From Takakia lepidozioides (lineage: Eukaryota > Plantae > Bryophyta): a stretch of 64,000 bases of DNA. Position 1 is the stretch's first letter. Each line of letters starts with the position of its first letter. The DNA is taken from NCBI GenBank assembly GCA_030704615.1, contig CM060733.1:3286001-3350000 (forward strand), given 5' to 3'. The translations under genes and the position numbers were made by a program. Shown here one piece after another: positions 39,162-52,872 of the stretch. Below the pieces are notes generated by a model that saw only the letters and a list, made by a program, of their open reading frames with translations, ran no database searches and was not told where the DNA came from.

Positions 39162-42100
39162 TCAAAGAGAAGTTGGCGGAGCTCCACGCGAGGTGTCCCG
39201 CTGTAGAAGGGTGTTCACTTCTCCATAGCCTAGTGTGGCTTGGTGGATGAATTGGTCTCTCTTACCGTTGCAACACATAATCACAAGGTATATGTAATAT
39301 TGATGCTTGCAGGGGACCCACTTCCCTCTCATGCCGAGAGCGCCCTCACGCATCGTTACAAAGTCCGGACAAGTGCACGAAGGGAAATTCCCGACGGTAA
39401 CCTGATATTCTTTGCCATGAAGAACTGACCCAATTGACAGCACTGTGTAAATCCGTCCATACCCCGGAGAAGGGACTTCGGTGATACGAGACACCCGAGC
39501 CTGCAAAATTCTAGCAGATTCCATCTTGCATTCGTGATCTGCACCCGAAGCGAAACGGCGCACTGTTTTTCCATCTCTTTTTGTTGGGTGGGAGTCGGCA
39601 CCGGGTGGCGGCATTGCCGGAGCATGTGGCACATCTGTGCCGACAGTGCATGAGGGCACCACCCGGGACCGTGCAAGACAGAACCCTCCCTCCTCCAGCA
39701 TGCTTATCTCGGTTGATGACAGCGACGTCCCAATTTGCACAGGCCAAATTGTGGGGGGAGGGGGTTTCATTATCACCGAAGGACGAACTGTTCCCTTCAC
39801 GCATTGTGCCATATCGTCCGGGCAGAACCAAAATTTGTGGTCCTTTGACTCCCCACTATGATAAGGTCGGAACAACCCTGTGAATGTTGGAGCTGGAGTC
39901 CCCCTGGAGCCTTTGCATATCTTTGATTTGCATTTCTTGAATGAGGGGGTCCGAATTGCCATGCAAGCCACTCTAGATCCTGGTGGGGTGCGTTCTATAT
40001 GCCACTCACTATCAATGCAATCGGATTCCTGCACCATGGCCACCGCCTCCTCCAATGGGATTCCCGCTGTTGTGCTTGTATGTTCTGCACCTGCTCCACT
40101 GGAGGAGGACCCACCTGGGAAGGGGCGGGCACACGACTCAGTCTGCAGTGGAGACACCTTTGATACAGAGAAATTGACCCTGTCTGGCCGATGGGAATCT
40201 CCATCTGACCCTGGAAGAGTGTTCAATTTCCTTTTGCATGATCCAAATCTTTCCTCGCCTTCCAAATGGGGGATCCTGGATTGTAGAGCGGACCCTTCAG
40301 TGCATCTGTTTAGAGCTCTGGCCATCTTCGACGGGACTCCGGACCTACTCGCAGCCCTTAGCATCAACAAAGTCGTATCAGGGCCCTTGCCTCCACCCCG
40401 TCCCATCAGAAAATTGCGGTACCTGGTTTGTTGTGTAAGTGCACGCACCATGTCATCAGCAGTGGCCACATACAAGTCACGACCTGCTTTGGTAGACTGC
40501 TGCATCCAGGCGTTGTGAACAGTCTCCACCAAATTACATGATGGCATGTCGGCCAAGTCCTCCAAGGACATGTCCTGCAGGAGGCATTGCATGGATATGT
40601 GAGGAACGAAAACAAATGGTAGAGGTTCTTCAAGTGACAATCGAAGAACCCCAAATGAACAGGCACGATGCAAAATTTCTGTTTTTGGGATTGAAGAGGC
40701 TTACCGTCGTCATGAAAGCTCCCCACTGTCTGTACCTGAAGTGCCAGAAAACCAACCAGTCCTCCAACTCCTTTACGTGGGTACCTGTTGCAGCACCAGA
40801 GGAGAACCACCAAGCCCGGATTGCCTGGTAAGTGCTCTCAGCTTCTCCCATTGAGGTGACATTCTTGTACTTGAGACAGAGCCTTCTGTGCTCCAACTGC
40901 AGGTCAGGGCGAATGCAGCGATTTGTATGACGTGCCAGAGATTGAGTCCAATGGAAGAGGCATGTGCGCTCCCTATTTTCCATTGGGACCTTAGGATCCC
41001 CCAAACCAAACACGCGTCGCACTGCATTGAAATTTGCCTGTGCACTATCAGCCATGAAGCCCGCAAAATTTGTGTTTTGTATTCCATTGCGCTGCATGAC
41101 GGCCAAGAGCGAATTCCACATGAGCATTTGGGATTCAGTGTCCTCCAACTGCATATCACAAATTGCTATGGAGAGCACACGCTGGTACGCCGGATCATAC
41201 ACATGGCACGCCATGGTTGTCCAACCCTTCACCCGTTTGCAGTGATCAAACATTAACCAACATTTAGCCAAATCTCCTCCTGGTTGCATACGGCGGACAA
41301 TGCTCACACCACTGCCTTCGCCCACAGCGGACATCTTGAACAAATACACCTTGGACGAGCCCTGGCCAGGGAAGACACTGTTTTGAATGAATTCATAGCA
41401 ACTCCTCCGCTTCAGGTCCATAATGTTGTCCATGAAGCCAGCAGTGTCTGTGCCCATTCTGAGTGCATTCACCTGGTTTCGAATATTGGGAGAGCTCAAC
41501 ACGGAGAAATGGTCCATGACTGCATTAAGCGAATCTGCATCCAGCATAAGTTGTGTCGCATCCCCTTCACCCAGTATGTGTTTCTCCAGGAATGCCTTGC
41601 TAGCTGCAAGCGCTATAGCAGAAGGTGTTGCAGAAGGGGCATTGTGGAACTCCTGCTTCAGCAGATTTCTAGCGATGTCCACGCTATCCCTGCAACTTCC
41701 TTTGGACACAGGATGCTCGTGTGCACCCATATGAATGCAGGCACGAGTCATTGTCTTGCATCGGTGTGCCACCTGATACATACGAGCGTGGCACACAGAA
41801 ACACAGGACGGGGAAAGTTTGCAGAACCTGCACACGAAAGTATTGGTCCTGGGAGGGGCAAGCTCTGGGGTGAAAGGATTCAGGGGCACACCTTCCCACT
41901 CACTTTCGTTTGCTTGAGCGCTGTTTCTCAGGCGAGGGCAAGAAATATTCTGGCACTTACAATGCCCAATGCAGACCGACCTCCAAAATTTCAAGCCAAT
42001 GTCGTTATGGATGTTCGACGTTTTTGTCCTGCACCAAGGATGTCCGTCATGTTTCTTGTCCATGCCCTGTAAAAGCCCAGCCAGTCCAGTGGAAGAGGTG

Positions 42101-42738
42101 GGAGGGTTGAGCTCAAATAGGATGTCCCCATCAAACTGTGCTGGCACGTATTGAACCCGTTGCACAGGAATGGACTCCCAATCAACAAAACGCAGCTCGC
42201 TCTTGCACCCAGGCACACCTGCAAGGGCTTTCAATTTTGGAATGACACTCGTTATCTCTTGCAATTCGTCATCATCCAATGACGGAGTCTGCACTGGCGG
42301 AGGAATCTCATAAACATCCTCCGAGGACGAGTCTGAAAGAGTCACGAAGGTAGTGGATGTGCTCACCTCTTGTTTCACAGGAACTGTGCCCTTCTGTTGC
42401 ACGACCGATGCTGCAGTGCCAGGGGTAACGACCGATCCTGCTGATTATCTTCTCTCTTTTCCAAGGACACGGTATGTGCCTGGAAGGACTCTCCATTTCC
42501 TTCCACACTTGCCAACCAATGGTTTCTCCAAGTGCCCAGAATCCAAATTCCCATCCTCGTCATACACCTCTTTTTGAACAAGGAGAGAACCCAACTCCAG
42601 CGGGAACACTGTAACCAGCTCATCCTCATGAACAACTGCAAACCCATTGTCGTCTGCAGTGGCAGTCAGTGGAAGAGTACCTGCATTGGAATGGAATCGA
42701 GCAAGTGTATCTCGCTCCCTCGACATGTTTTCCCTCAC
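39162..42738 (-). CDS. Mutator-like DDE transposase A with Cys/His-rich (GCM/WRKY-like) N-terminal region and C-terminal SWIM finger
   Basis: WLMFDH (D1), FMADS (D2), CLFH (Mutator CxxH), NLVETVHN (E); SWIM CTCPDF..CKH. Intron ~40574-40703; possible frameshift near 42445. Confidence 0.85.
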
Positions 42739-43789
42739 TGAACGAAAGTTGCGGAATCCTCGAACTGATAGCCCGCAATTACCGAAAGGGGTATTAAGAC
42801 AAGCAAACCGAGGTCAACAAGGGTAGCTCCAATCCAAAGGTTGCAGGTGATGCATGCAAAGGATGTAGGGATGAGATGCACCTTCATTTCGGAAACAACA
42901 ACGCCAAGAGGCACTAACCAGAAAAACTGTTTTGAAATACTACAAGAAGCCGTGCTGTTTATGGATGAAAACAAACACTGAAAACGACATGAAACCAACC
43001 ATTATGAAAAGACGGCAACAACCCTGGAGAGCAGTAAACAGGAAGACCACAAATGTCATGAGGTTGTGTTGTGCCAGAAGAGCACAGCACAAACACTGAC
43101 ACTGCAGAAGATACCTCGCACGAATGCGTGGCAGACATGGTCGTATCCGATAGAACCCTTTATGCCGAATGACCCCATGGCGACGGTAACGGTAAAATGC
43201 AAACCACAGGGTAGGCAGTACAACACACGTGGATGCATATGTGAAGCATAACAATTATTGCGGATCTGCAAGAACTGCTCGAAAATGAACTAGCATTAGA
43301 TTTCTACGGCACATCCGAATTTGAAAGAAAGCAAGAAGGCCGCGGTGTATTGGCAGGCGACGCAGTACATCTGACATATATCGCTAGTGCATGCAACGGG
43401 TGTACTATTTTTCTAGCGCTTTATTGCTTGGATAATACGGAGACGACGGAATGGATGAATTCCGTTCGCACACAATAACAACACCCGCATCCAAATATGG
43501 TTGACAACGTCCAATTTCGATTTTGGTTACATGCCATAGCAGCACTTGTTACAAACGTCAAACGAGGTTTGCTATTTCATGAGCATGAGCGGCATGAGCA
43601 GAGTAGTAACACAATCGGTTTTCATGAGCAGAAGTACAAATTTCGAAAATAAAAAACAATAAAAAACAATAATTTAATGCAATGTGTCAGGAAAAACAAA
43701 TATATTATTCGGCCCCTTGAAGGGAAAATTGCACTTTTGACAGTTGTGCTCATGATATTTCGTCTTCCGCTCATGCCAATTCCCAGCGA

Positions 43790-44385
43790 TGTGCGAATAT
43801 GGCGCCGAATTTCGCGGTAATAGGGTCCGTAACCTGAAAAAACGGCGACGTATTTCGCGGCAATAGGTCTCTCTGGCGAAAAATGGTGCCGAATTCCGCG
43901 GCTATAGGTCCCCTCATGACAGGTAATTCGGCGCCATTTTTCCAGTGCATGTTCGGACTTAGCCAGTTTTCGGCGCAAAATAGGGAAATTCGGCGCCATT
44001 TTTCCAGACACTGTACCAGTGCATGTTCGGACTTAGCCAGTTTTCGGCCCAAAAAAGAGAAATTCGGCGCCATTTTTGCAAACACGGTACCAGTGCATGT
44101 TGGGACTTAGCCAGTTTTCGGCCCCAAAAAGAGAAATTCGGCGCCATTTTCCCAAACACAGGTACCAGTGCATGTTGGGACTTAGCGAGTTTTCGGCCCC
44201 AAAAAGAGAAATTCGGCGCCATTTTTCCAGACACGGTACCAGTGCATGTTGGGACTTAGCCAGTTTTCGGCCCCAAAAAGAGAAATTCGGCGCCATTTTC
44301 CCAAACACAGGTACCAGTGCATGTTGGGACTTAGCGAGTTTTCGGCCCCAAAAAGAGAAATTCGGCGCCATTTTTCCAGAAATGG
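43790..44385. repeat. ~74-bp tandem array (about 6 copies plus degenerate flank) containing GAAATTCGGCGCC and GGACTTAGCCAG
   Basis: GAAATTCGGCGCC at ~43985, 44059, 44133, 44208, 44282, 44357. Confidence 0.92.
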
Positions 44386-44535
44386 CCCCACAACTGCTTC
44401 TGTTGGATCTCAGTTTGAATGGAATATTGCCTCATTCCAGGAGTTTTGGGGTGCATTTCATTACACTGCAAAAAAAAAGTCTGATACAGCAAAATGCATT
44501 TGAAAATATCCATATGGAGGATTCCGTTTGCCCCA

Positions 44536-47500
44536 TCAATGATTTCTGGAATCCCTAAGGAGGAGTTTGTGCAGCTCGTTCACGCTCAACGCCGGTGCAT
44601 GAATAAAGTCATCAATAGTCACGTTCATCCTCAACCTCTTCAGGTAAATGTAATACAGATGCTTGCACGGATAATACTTCGAACCCTTCTTTGCTTCCAT
44701 CAACGAGAAGTCCGTACAGTTGCAAGTCGGCTCCACTCCAATCGTAATTGTGTATACATCGTCGCGTACAGCCGAGCCGGCCGTTGCCATCCGATACACA
44801 CGCCCAAGGCCGGGTGGGGGTACGTCCACGGAGCTCTGAATAGTGCAAGCCATCCCAAGAGCATTGGCAATCCGAGTCTCATTCAACTTGTTGGGAGGGT
44901 GTCGTCTCTTCACTCTTCCGAATCGCATTGTGGGATGTGCAGAATTGTCCAATCCGTCTCTACTGGACCGAGCAGTCTGCAATGGCTGGGTCTGAGGAAC
45001 CGGAAATGCGTGGGCCGGGATGTCTGTGCGTTGCACCATTCGAAATCCTGCTGCAGATAGAGCATCCGCCTCATTCTGAGAGAGGCTGCAACCCGGTGCA
45101 ACAGGCCAGACGCCCGGAGGCTCCGGCATTCCCTGAATCCCGTACTTGGGCTTGCCAAATACACAGGTCATTATGTCGTGCCTACAGAACCAAAATGTCT
45201 GCGTTGTGGCGTGAGCAAATGTGGGAGTCAAAAATCTGCCGCTGAAACAAGGTGCAGGTACAGCACCGTGTGGGTTCCTCCGAATCATCTCACCACAGCG
45301 TGCTCTCGTATCCACCCGGATGGCGCAACACTTCCCTCGAAATGCCGGCAATGTCCTCGCAATTCTCCACTGTGACTCCGACACTCTTGTCTCCACAATG
45401 GGAATGTTGTATTGCTTTACTACAGATGGCTCGTTATGTTGCCGGGGCACGCGCCCTCTGCTCAAAGGAGATGACGATCTTGAACGTGCAGGACTTCCGG
45501 TGCTCGACGAGACCTCCTCGGACAACATCACCGGACCACGAGGGAGCGTGCGAATATTCTTGTCAGCTCGCCATGAATCCTCTTCTCCGCCAGGTGCCTC
45601 GTCAAGTCTTCGTCTCACTGGACGGGTATGAACATCTCCTTCCAAATGTTGGCCTCTTCGCAGCAATGGCGTGTCCCGAAGGCCCTCTCGCAAGGCCGCC
45701 GCCCACTTCCGAGGATTCTTCGATCTGGAGGCAGTCCGCATCAGCATTTCCTGCCTGTCCGGACCCAAGCCCCACTGTTTCCCTTTCAAGAACTCGTTGT
45801 ACCTGCATTGCTGCATAATTGACCTCACAATGTCCTCCGTTGTGGCAGTGAGGATGTCCACCAGATGCGCCGCAGAGGAGGCACGCCAGGAAGAGTGCAC
45901 TGATTCGGCCATGTTTGTCGTGGGCATGTCGGTGTCGGAGTCGAGACACATTTCCTGCACAAGCACATGTTCAGGTTACAAGCAAGTTACAAATATGGCC
46001 AAGAATAATATCCAACGGGACGCGAATTCATGCAACTCACCTCCCGCATATAGTCACCGAACTGGAGGAAATGATAATGCCACCATGCTAGCCAACTGAC
46101 CATTGCTCCTTCGTCTGATTTCCTTACAGCACCTGACGATGTCCACCAAGCCCGTATGCATGTAAACTGTGTCTCTGCATCATCCAAGGTGGGAGCGCGC
46201 TTCCACGCAAGGCACATGGAACGGTGCTCCTCTCTGAAATCTGGCGCCACGAGCCTGGTTGTGTATTGCGAAAGGCTCTGCAGAAAATGGAACCCACAAG
46301 ATCTCTCCTTGCCTTCCATGGGAACATTGGGGTCTTGCCCGTACACCCTTCGGATAGCAGCCCAATTTGCTTGTGCGTTGTCCGCCATGAAACCACGGAA
46401 ATTGGGAGGGGGCAATCCCGCCTTGGCCATCTGTTCGTTTATTCCCTGCCAAAGAAGCATCTCCGATTGTGTGTCCTCTCCTTTCATCTCACAAATAGCA
46501 ATTGTCATTAGCATCCTGCAGTGGGTGTCGTAGACATGTGCACCCATTGTCACCCACTGGTGATTTGTAATTCGCTTGATATGGTCGAACATGACCCAAC
46601 TGTTTGACAAGTTTCCACTCGTCATCCTGTCGACCAGTTCGATGCCACTGCCAGGTCCACACGTGGACATTTTGAATACGAAACAACGATCTGCCTCAGT
46701 CCCTTGTCCTGGAAACCTACTTCCATGAATGTAGTCATATCCACATCGTCGCTTCACCTCCAGAATGGAGTGCATATCCGAGCCACGCCCAATTTTCTGT
46801 TTGCATGAGACAATGTGGTTTCGGACATTCGGTGAACATACGTGGGACACCGACTCCAGCAATGCCTCCATTTCCTTCTCGTCGAGAGGAACTCTATCGG
46901 AGCCGTCTTCCGACATAATTCTGGCCAATGCCATCTTATGGGCGGCTTGGAGCTGTATCTGTTTGGGTTTGGCACCCGGTCTCAACTTAACCTCCTCCTG
47001 AACGAGCTGCTCTGCTTCGTGGGCAGCCTCCCGCGAGTTCCCCCTCGCCAATTTGTGACAATGGGAACCAACGTGTATGCAAGCTCGGGTGAGGTCAGGG
47101 AAACGGTGCAATACATAGAACTGCTTGGCATTACAAACAGACATGCAGTGTGGTGGTTCTTTGCAATGCGCACACTTAAATGTGGAGTTCGGAACCTTCT
47201 CCTGAGCTCGAAATGGTTGGTGAGCTGTGCCTGTCCAATCGGTCTCGTTCCTGTGACCTCTGGATTTAAAGTGGAAGCAAGTTGGGGAGAAACACCGCAA
47301 CGCGCCCGCACAAACAATGTAGCGCACCCGCACACCATCAAGCATCTTCATGCTGGTGGTTTTTGGTAACGCACCAAGGATGACCGTCATGTTTTCTATC
47401 CATATTTGTCAACATTCCGGACGCCCTCGAGTAGTCCGCCCGAGGAGGGAACTCAAAGAAGATATTACTGTCGACGTCGGCGGGAAGGCATGTAACCAAT

Positions 47501-48246
47501 TTAATTGTGAACTTGCTGTAGTCCAGCCCGGCCAGCTCCGACCGGTGTCCTTCCAGGTGAAGCCCTCGCATAATTTCTAGAATAGATCGAACTGCGGTGC
47601 TCGTGCTGGGAATATGACTCCCTCCTCCACTGACGTCCATTGAGGACTTGCCTGATCTCCAGGACGACCTCGGAACTTCCATGACCTCGTCTAAGTCGGA
47701 CAAGTTGTGAACAACCCGGTTCTCGGTCGTCTTCATGGATGGGTTCGGCTCTGGATTTACTTCGTTGCGGACTTCTCTCTTTGAGGTACCCACTCTCTGA
47801 TTCGCGGATTGTTTCGTGGAAGGCGCCAGGATAGACGGTGCATTTGGCGAGCAAATGAAGTCCCCAACAGCCCTGTATATGACGCTGTCCGATGGTGGAA
47901 CTCGCCATTCCCTGCCATCGCCGAAATCATCGTGGAGCACAACAATACTCTCGACAACAAGGCCGTTTGAGTCCTTCATTTCCTCCTCCAAAAATACCGA
48001 CCCCGGTTTCAGGTGGTATCGAACGCACAGATATTTCTCCATCACCCGGCAGGTGTCCCCTCTGCACGGAAATGAAGCTCTATGCTCGTGAGGAGGGCAG
48101 TACACTGTAGTGCTCGGGTTTTCCGCCATGGGAGATGTGCACACAAGACTGCCAGGATGGCGTGCGGGGAAGCTCCCTGGTAGAAGGGGGTGCAGCGATG
48201 GGAATGAATGCGATGCCGTTTGTCCGAGCGACGAAGCCTGATCCAA
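44536..48246 (-). CDS. Mutator-like DDE transposase B, paralogue of A, with SWIM finger; one frameshift at ~47360
   Basis: WVMFDH, FMADN, CGFH, NMAESVHS; SWIM CNCTDF..CKH. KHDGHPWC is shared with A, and the intron at ~45955-46040 is in the same position as in A. Confidence 0.87.
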
Positions 48247-48429
48247 ATCCAGGGAGCCAACTATCTCAAAAATCCACAGTCAGAGTGTTAATGAACCTTG
48301 TCTCCGGAATGCGGCCCCTCGTCTTTGTGCAATAACTGCCAACGGTATGCAGTCAGAAAGTGGGGGGCCGTCCGGATGATGACGGCTGAAGGGGAGAAGC
48401 CGGCACCGTGCCGTCACATTACTACCCCC

Positions 48430-49340
48430 GAATGGAAATTCGGCACCCAATATCCAACAGAGGAAGCCCGGATGAAGTCGCCTCGGGCGCAGAGGCCGGA
48501 GTGTGTGCGACAGAGAACATCCCTGGATGGAGATTCGGCGCCGAATTTCCATCCGGGCCCCCCAAAGGGAGTCGTGTCGGGGGGTCAGGCCGAAAACTGG
48601 ACGGCATAAAAACATCCCCAGATGGAAAAAACGGCGCCGAATTTCCATCCGGGGCGGTTTGGATGCAGTCGGGGAGGGGGGAGTGGCCTGCACTTGGCCG
48701 TCACATTTCAACCCCCAGACGGAAATTCGGCACCGAATATCGAACAGGGGACGCCCGGATGAAGTCGCCTCGGGCGCAGAGGCCGGCGAGTGTGCGACAG
48801 AGAACATCCCCTGGATGGAGATTCGGCGCCGAATTTCCATCCGGGCCCCCAAAGGGAGTCGTGTCGGGGGGTCAGGCCGAAAACTGGACGGCATAAAAAT
48901 CCCCAGATGGAAAAACGGCGCCGAATTTCCATCCGGGGCGGTTCGGATGCAGTCGGGGAGGGGGGAGTGGCCTGCACTTGGCTGTCACATTTCAACCCCC
49001 AGACGGAAATTCGGCACCGAATATCGAACAGGGGACGCCCGGATGAAGTCGCCTCGGGCGCAGAGGCCGGCGAGTGTGCGACAGAGAATATCCCCTGGAT
49101 GGAGATTCGGCGCCGAATTTCCATCCGGGCCCCCCCAAAGGAAGTCTTGTCGAGGGGTCAGACCGAAAACTGGCCGACATAAAAACCTCCCCAGATGGGA
49201 AAACGGCGCCGAATTTCAATTCGGGGCCGTTCCAATGCAGTCGGGGAGAAGGGAGAGTCGGCACCTGGCCCTCATATTTCAACCCCCGGGACGGAAATTC
49301 GGCACCGAATATCCAACAGAGCGGCGAGAGGCGGCACCTC
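48430..49340. repeat. ~286-bp tandem repeat (about 3.2 copies), each with three copies of the element-B palindrome
   Basis: GGAAATTCGGCACC recurs at ~48434, 48721, 49006, 49293. Confidence 0.9.
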
Positions 49341-49359
49341 TCCACAGAGACCATCCCCC

Positions 49360-51610
49360 GGATGGAAATTCGGCGCCGAATTTCCATCGGGGGGTAAGTG
49401 GAATCCCGGATGGATGGAGATTCGGCGCCGAATTCCCATCCGGGGGGTAAGTGGAATCCTGATGGATGGAGATTCGGCGCCGAATTCCATCCGGCAGGTA
49501 AGTGGAATCTCTCGATGGATGGAAATTCGGCGCCGAATTTCCATCCTGCAGGTAATTCGAATCCCGATGAATGGAAATTCGGCGCCGAATTTCCATCCAG
49601 CAGGTAAGTGGAATCCCGGATAAATGGAAATTCGGCGCCGAATTTCCATCCAGCACGTAAGTGGAATCTCGGATGGATGGAGATTCGGCGCCGAATTTCC
49701 ATCCTGCAGTAATTCGAATCCCGGATGAATGGAAATTCGGCGCCGAATTTCCATCATCAGCAGGTAATGGGAATCCCGGATAAATGGAATGTTCGCCCGA
49801 ATTTCCATCCTGCAGGTAATTCGAATCCCGAATGAATGGAAATTCGGCGCCGAATTTCCATCCAGCAGGTAATGGAATCTCGGATGGATGGAGATTCGGC
49901 GCCGAATTTCCATCCTGCAGGTAATTCGAATCCCGGATGAATGGAAATTCGGCGGCCGAATTTCCATCCAGCAGTAAGTCGGATCGGTGGCGTATGGATA
50001 TTCGGCGCCGAATTTCCATTCGCCATGTATTTCATCGCTCAGATTACCTTCCTGCAGGTAATTCCCAATGGAATTACCTTCCTGCAGGTAATTTTCCAGA
50101 TGAGAATTACCTTCCTGCAGGTAATTCCATCTATGCCGGTAGGATGTTAATTCCCGATGAGAATTACCTGCAGGAAGGTAATTCTCATCTGGGAATTACC
50201 TGCACGGAGGAAATTCCTCGCTCAGAAATACTTGGCGAATGGAAATTCGGCGCCGAATATCCATACGGCACCGATCCGACTTACCTGCTGGATGGAAATT
50301 CGTCGCCGAATTTCCATTCATCCGGTATTTCGAATTACCTGCAGGATGGAATTCGGCACCGAATTACCTGCGTGAGGGAAATTTCGCGCGCCGCCCTACC
50401 TCCGCGATGGAAATTCGGCGCCGATTTCCATCCGAGCGCTTTCCGAATTACCTGCTTGAGGAAATTTCCAGCCCGCCTACTTTGGCTGGATGGAAATTCG
50501 GCGCCGGATTTCCATCCGCGCGCTTCCGAATTACCTGCTTAAGGGAAATTCGGCGTGCCGCTCTATCTCCGCGGATGGAAATTCGGCACCGGATTTCCAT
50601 CCGAGCGCTTCCGAATTACCTGCTTGAGGGAAATTCGGCGCGCCGCCCTATCCCGCGGATGGAAATTCGGCGCCGAATTTCCATCCGCGCGCTTCCGAAT
50701 TACCACCTGCGTGGGAAATTCGGCGTGCCGCCCTACCTCCGCGGATGGAAATTCGGCGCCTGATTTCCATCCGAGCGCTTCCGATTACCTGCTTGAGGGA
50801 AATTCGGCGCGCCGCCCTGTCTCCGCGGATGGAAATTCGGCGCCGGATTTCATGCGCGCGCTTCCGAATTACCTGCGTGAGGGAAATTTCCAGCGCGCCC
50901 TACCCCACCTGCTGGATGGAAATTCGGCGCCGGATTCCATCCGCGCGCTTCCGATTACCTGCGTGAGGGAAATTCCGCACCGCCAACCTGGCTGAATGGA
51001 ATTCGTTGCCGGATTTCCATCCGCGCGCTTCCGAATTCCTGCGTGAGGAAATTTCCAGCGCCGCCCTACCGGCTGAATGGAAATTCTGCGCCGGATTTCC
51101 ATCCGCGCGCTTCCGAATTACCTGCGTGAGGGAAATTTCCAGCGCCGCCCTACCTGGCTGGATGGAAATTCGGCGCCAGATTTCCATCCGCGCGCTTCCG
51201 AATTACCTGCGTGAGGGAAATTTCCAGCGCCGCCCTACCTGGCTGATGGAAATTCGGCGCCGGATTTCCATCCGCGCGCTTCCGAATTACTTGCGTGAGG
51301 GAAATTCGACGCTTCGCCCTACCTCCGCGGATGGAATTCGGCGCCGATTTCCATCCGCGCGCTTCCGAATTACTGCGTGAGGGAAATTTCCAGCGCCGCC
51401 CTACCTGGCTGGATGGAAATTCGGCGCCGGATTTCCATCCGCGCGCTTCCAATTTACCTGCGTGAGGGAATTTCCAGCGCCGCCCTTCCTCCGCGGATGG
51501 AAATTCGGCGCCGGATATCCCATGCGGCGCTCCAGAATTACCTGCAGGATGGAAATCCGGCGCCGGAATTTCCATCGTGCAGCGCTCCGAATTACCTCTA
51601 CTTGGAAATT
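49360..51610. repeat. Dense array of the palindrome ATGGAAATTCGGCGCCGAATTTCCAT (~55-85-bp units), unit polarity flipping at ~50040-50220
   Basis: Left units carry GCAGGTAA(T/G)T, right units carry AATTACCTGC. The centre has repeated AATTACCTTCCTGCAGGTAATT. Confidence 0.92.
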
Positions 51611-52872
51611 CCGGGACTGTTTACGTCGATTTTCATTTCCGACCTGGAGGGCTTCATCCGACATTTAATTGCGCAGTTGGGCAATAAATGTCGACGGCTG
51701 TCGGTTATTATTTGGGCTGGCGACGCATGGCTTCCTGGACACGTACCCTAATCTCATGCTAAACTTGGCTAACATGGTATTCCAGGCATGTACCCCCAAA
51801 AAAGAGATCTTTTGTGCTGGGACTTATGCCGCCTGAAGGGCGTGGCTCTCCTGAGAGAGACCTCACATCCAGACCGCGGCGGAAGTTGAAAGCTCTGTAC
51901 TACGGACGACGGCCATCTCTCGCATGGCCAAACTGAAGCTCCAGCAGAAGATTCCAGTGTCTTGCTCACAACCTGCGCCACTGAAGCCGAGTACTCTCAG
52001 GCAAGCCACTTCTGCTTTCGGTTTGTTCGATTTATTTTTTGCTTTCGCTTTGTTACCTCGCTTTGTTTTGCATCTTCATCCTGGCTTTGCTGTATGAGTG
52101 AACTTTAGATAGTTGAGTGAACCTTAGATTGTTTGCAATGCGTGTGCAAATCCGGCAGCTCTAGAGAAGGCTGCTTGTGCATGTCATTCTTAGGCAATGT
52201 TGCATTTGTTTTCATTGTTGTTTGCATGGCTCTCCATACTTCCTAAACTTGTTATGTTTTCATTTTTGCTACATGATTGTTGCTATGGTGGATGCGCTGC
52301 TCGTTGCGATGCTGCTTTTTGCACCGATGTTGGTTTTCACGATTTTTTGTCATGACAGAGTGACGACGAGCCCGGCACGCTGGTGGTATCATCGACAGCT
52401 CCAACTCATCGCATGTTTGAATCGCCCAACTTGGGCGAGAGGGCAAACTTAAACCTTTTGTTGGTGGACGAGAGGACTTGCAACGAGATTACGACAGAGT
52501 AGGCATTGGGGAGGTTGGTGCAGGCGGCATGGCAGGTGAAGGGCGTGAGGACATGAGGACACAGCAGATCCCGCAATGGAGGTTGTTCATGCACATGCAG
52601 TAGGGCCCGCCCACGCAAAGAAAAAGAAGAAAGCTAAGCACATGCAATCCCCGGCGAGAGGCAGTCACGGGCTGCGGAGGGGGGAGAGCATGCGCGCGAG
52701 GGTGTCAGTTCGCCTCAATCAAAAGGTGGTCGTCCTGGAGGGCTCCCCTGCTGCTAGCCCTAGTAAGAAACAGAAGCCCGTGAGAGGGCAAAAGAGAGGG
52801 CAAAAGAACAGACGAGACAGAATGCTAGCCAGAGGAAAGACAAAAGGCAGCTGAACAGAGGCCAGGTCCCAA

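Noticed and set aside
48280-51750. Many overlapping ORFs (MEIRRRISI / WKFGAEF repeats)
   Set aside because: Translation artefacts of the palindromic arrays, open on both strands. The same applies to 43600-44500, 55000-55900 and 59600-61300.
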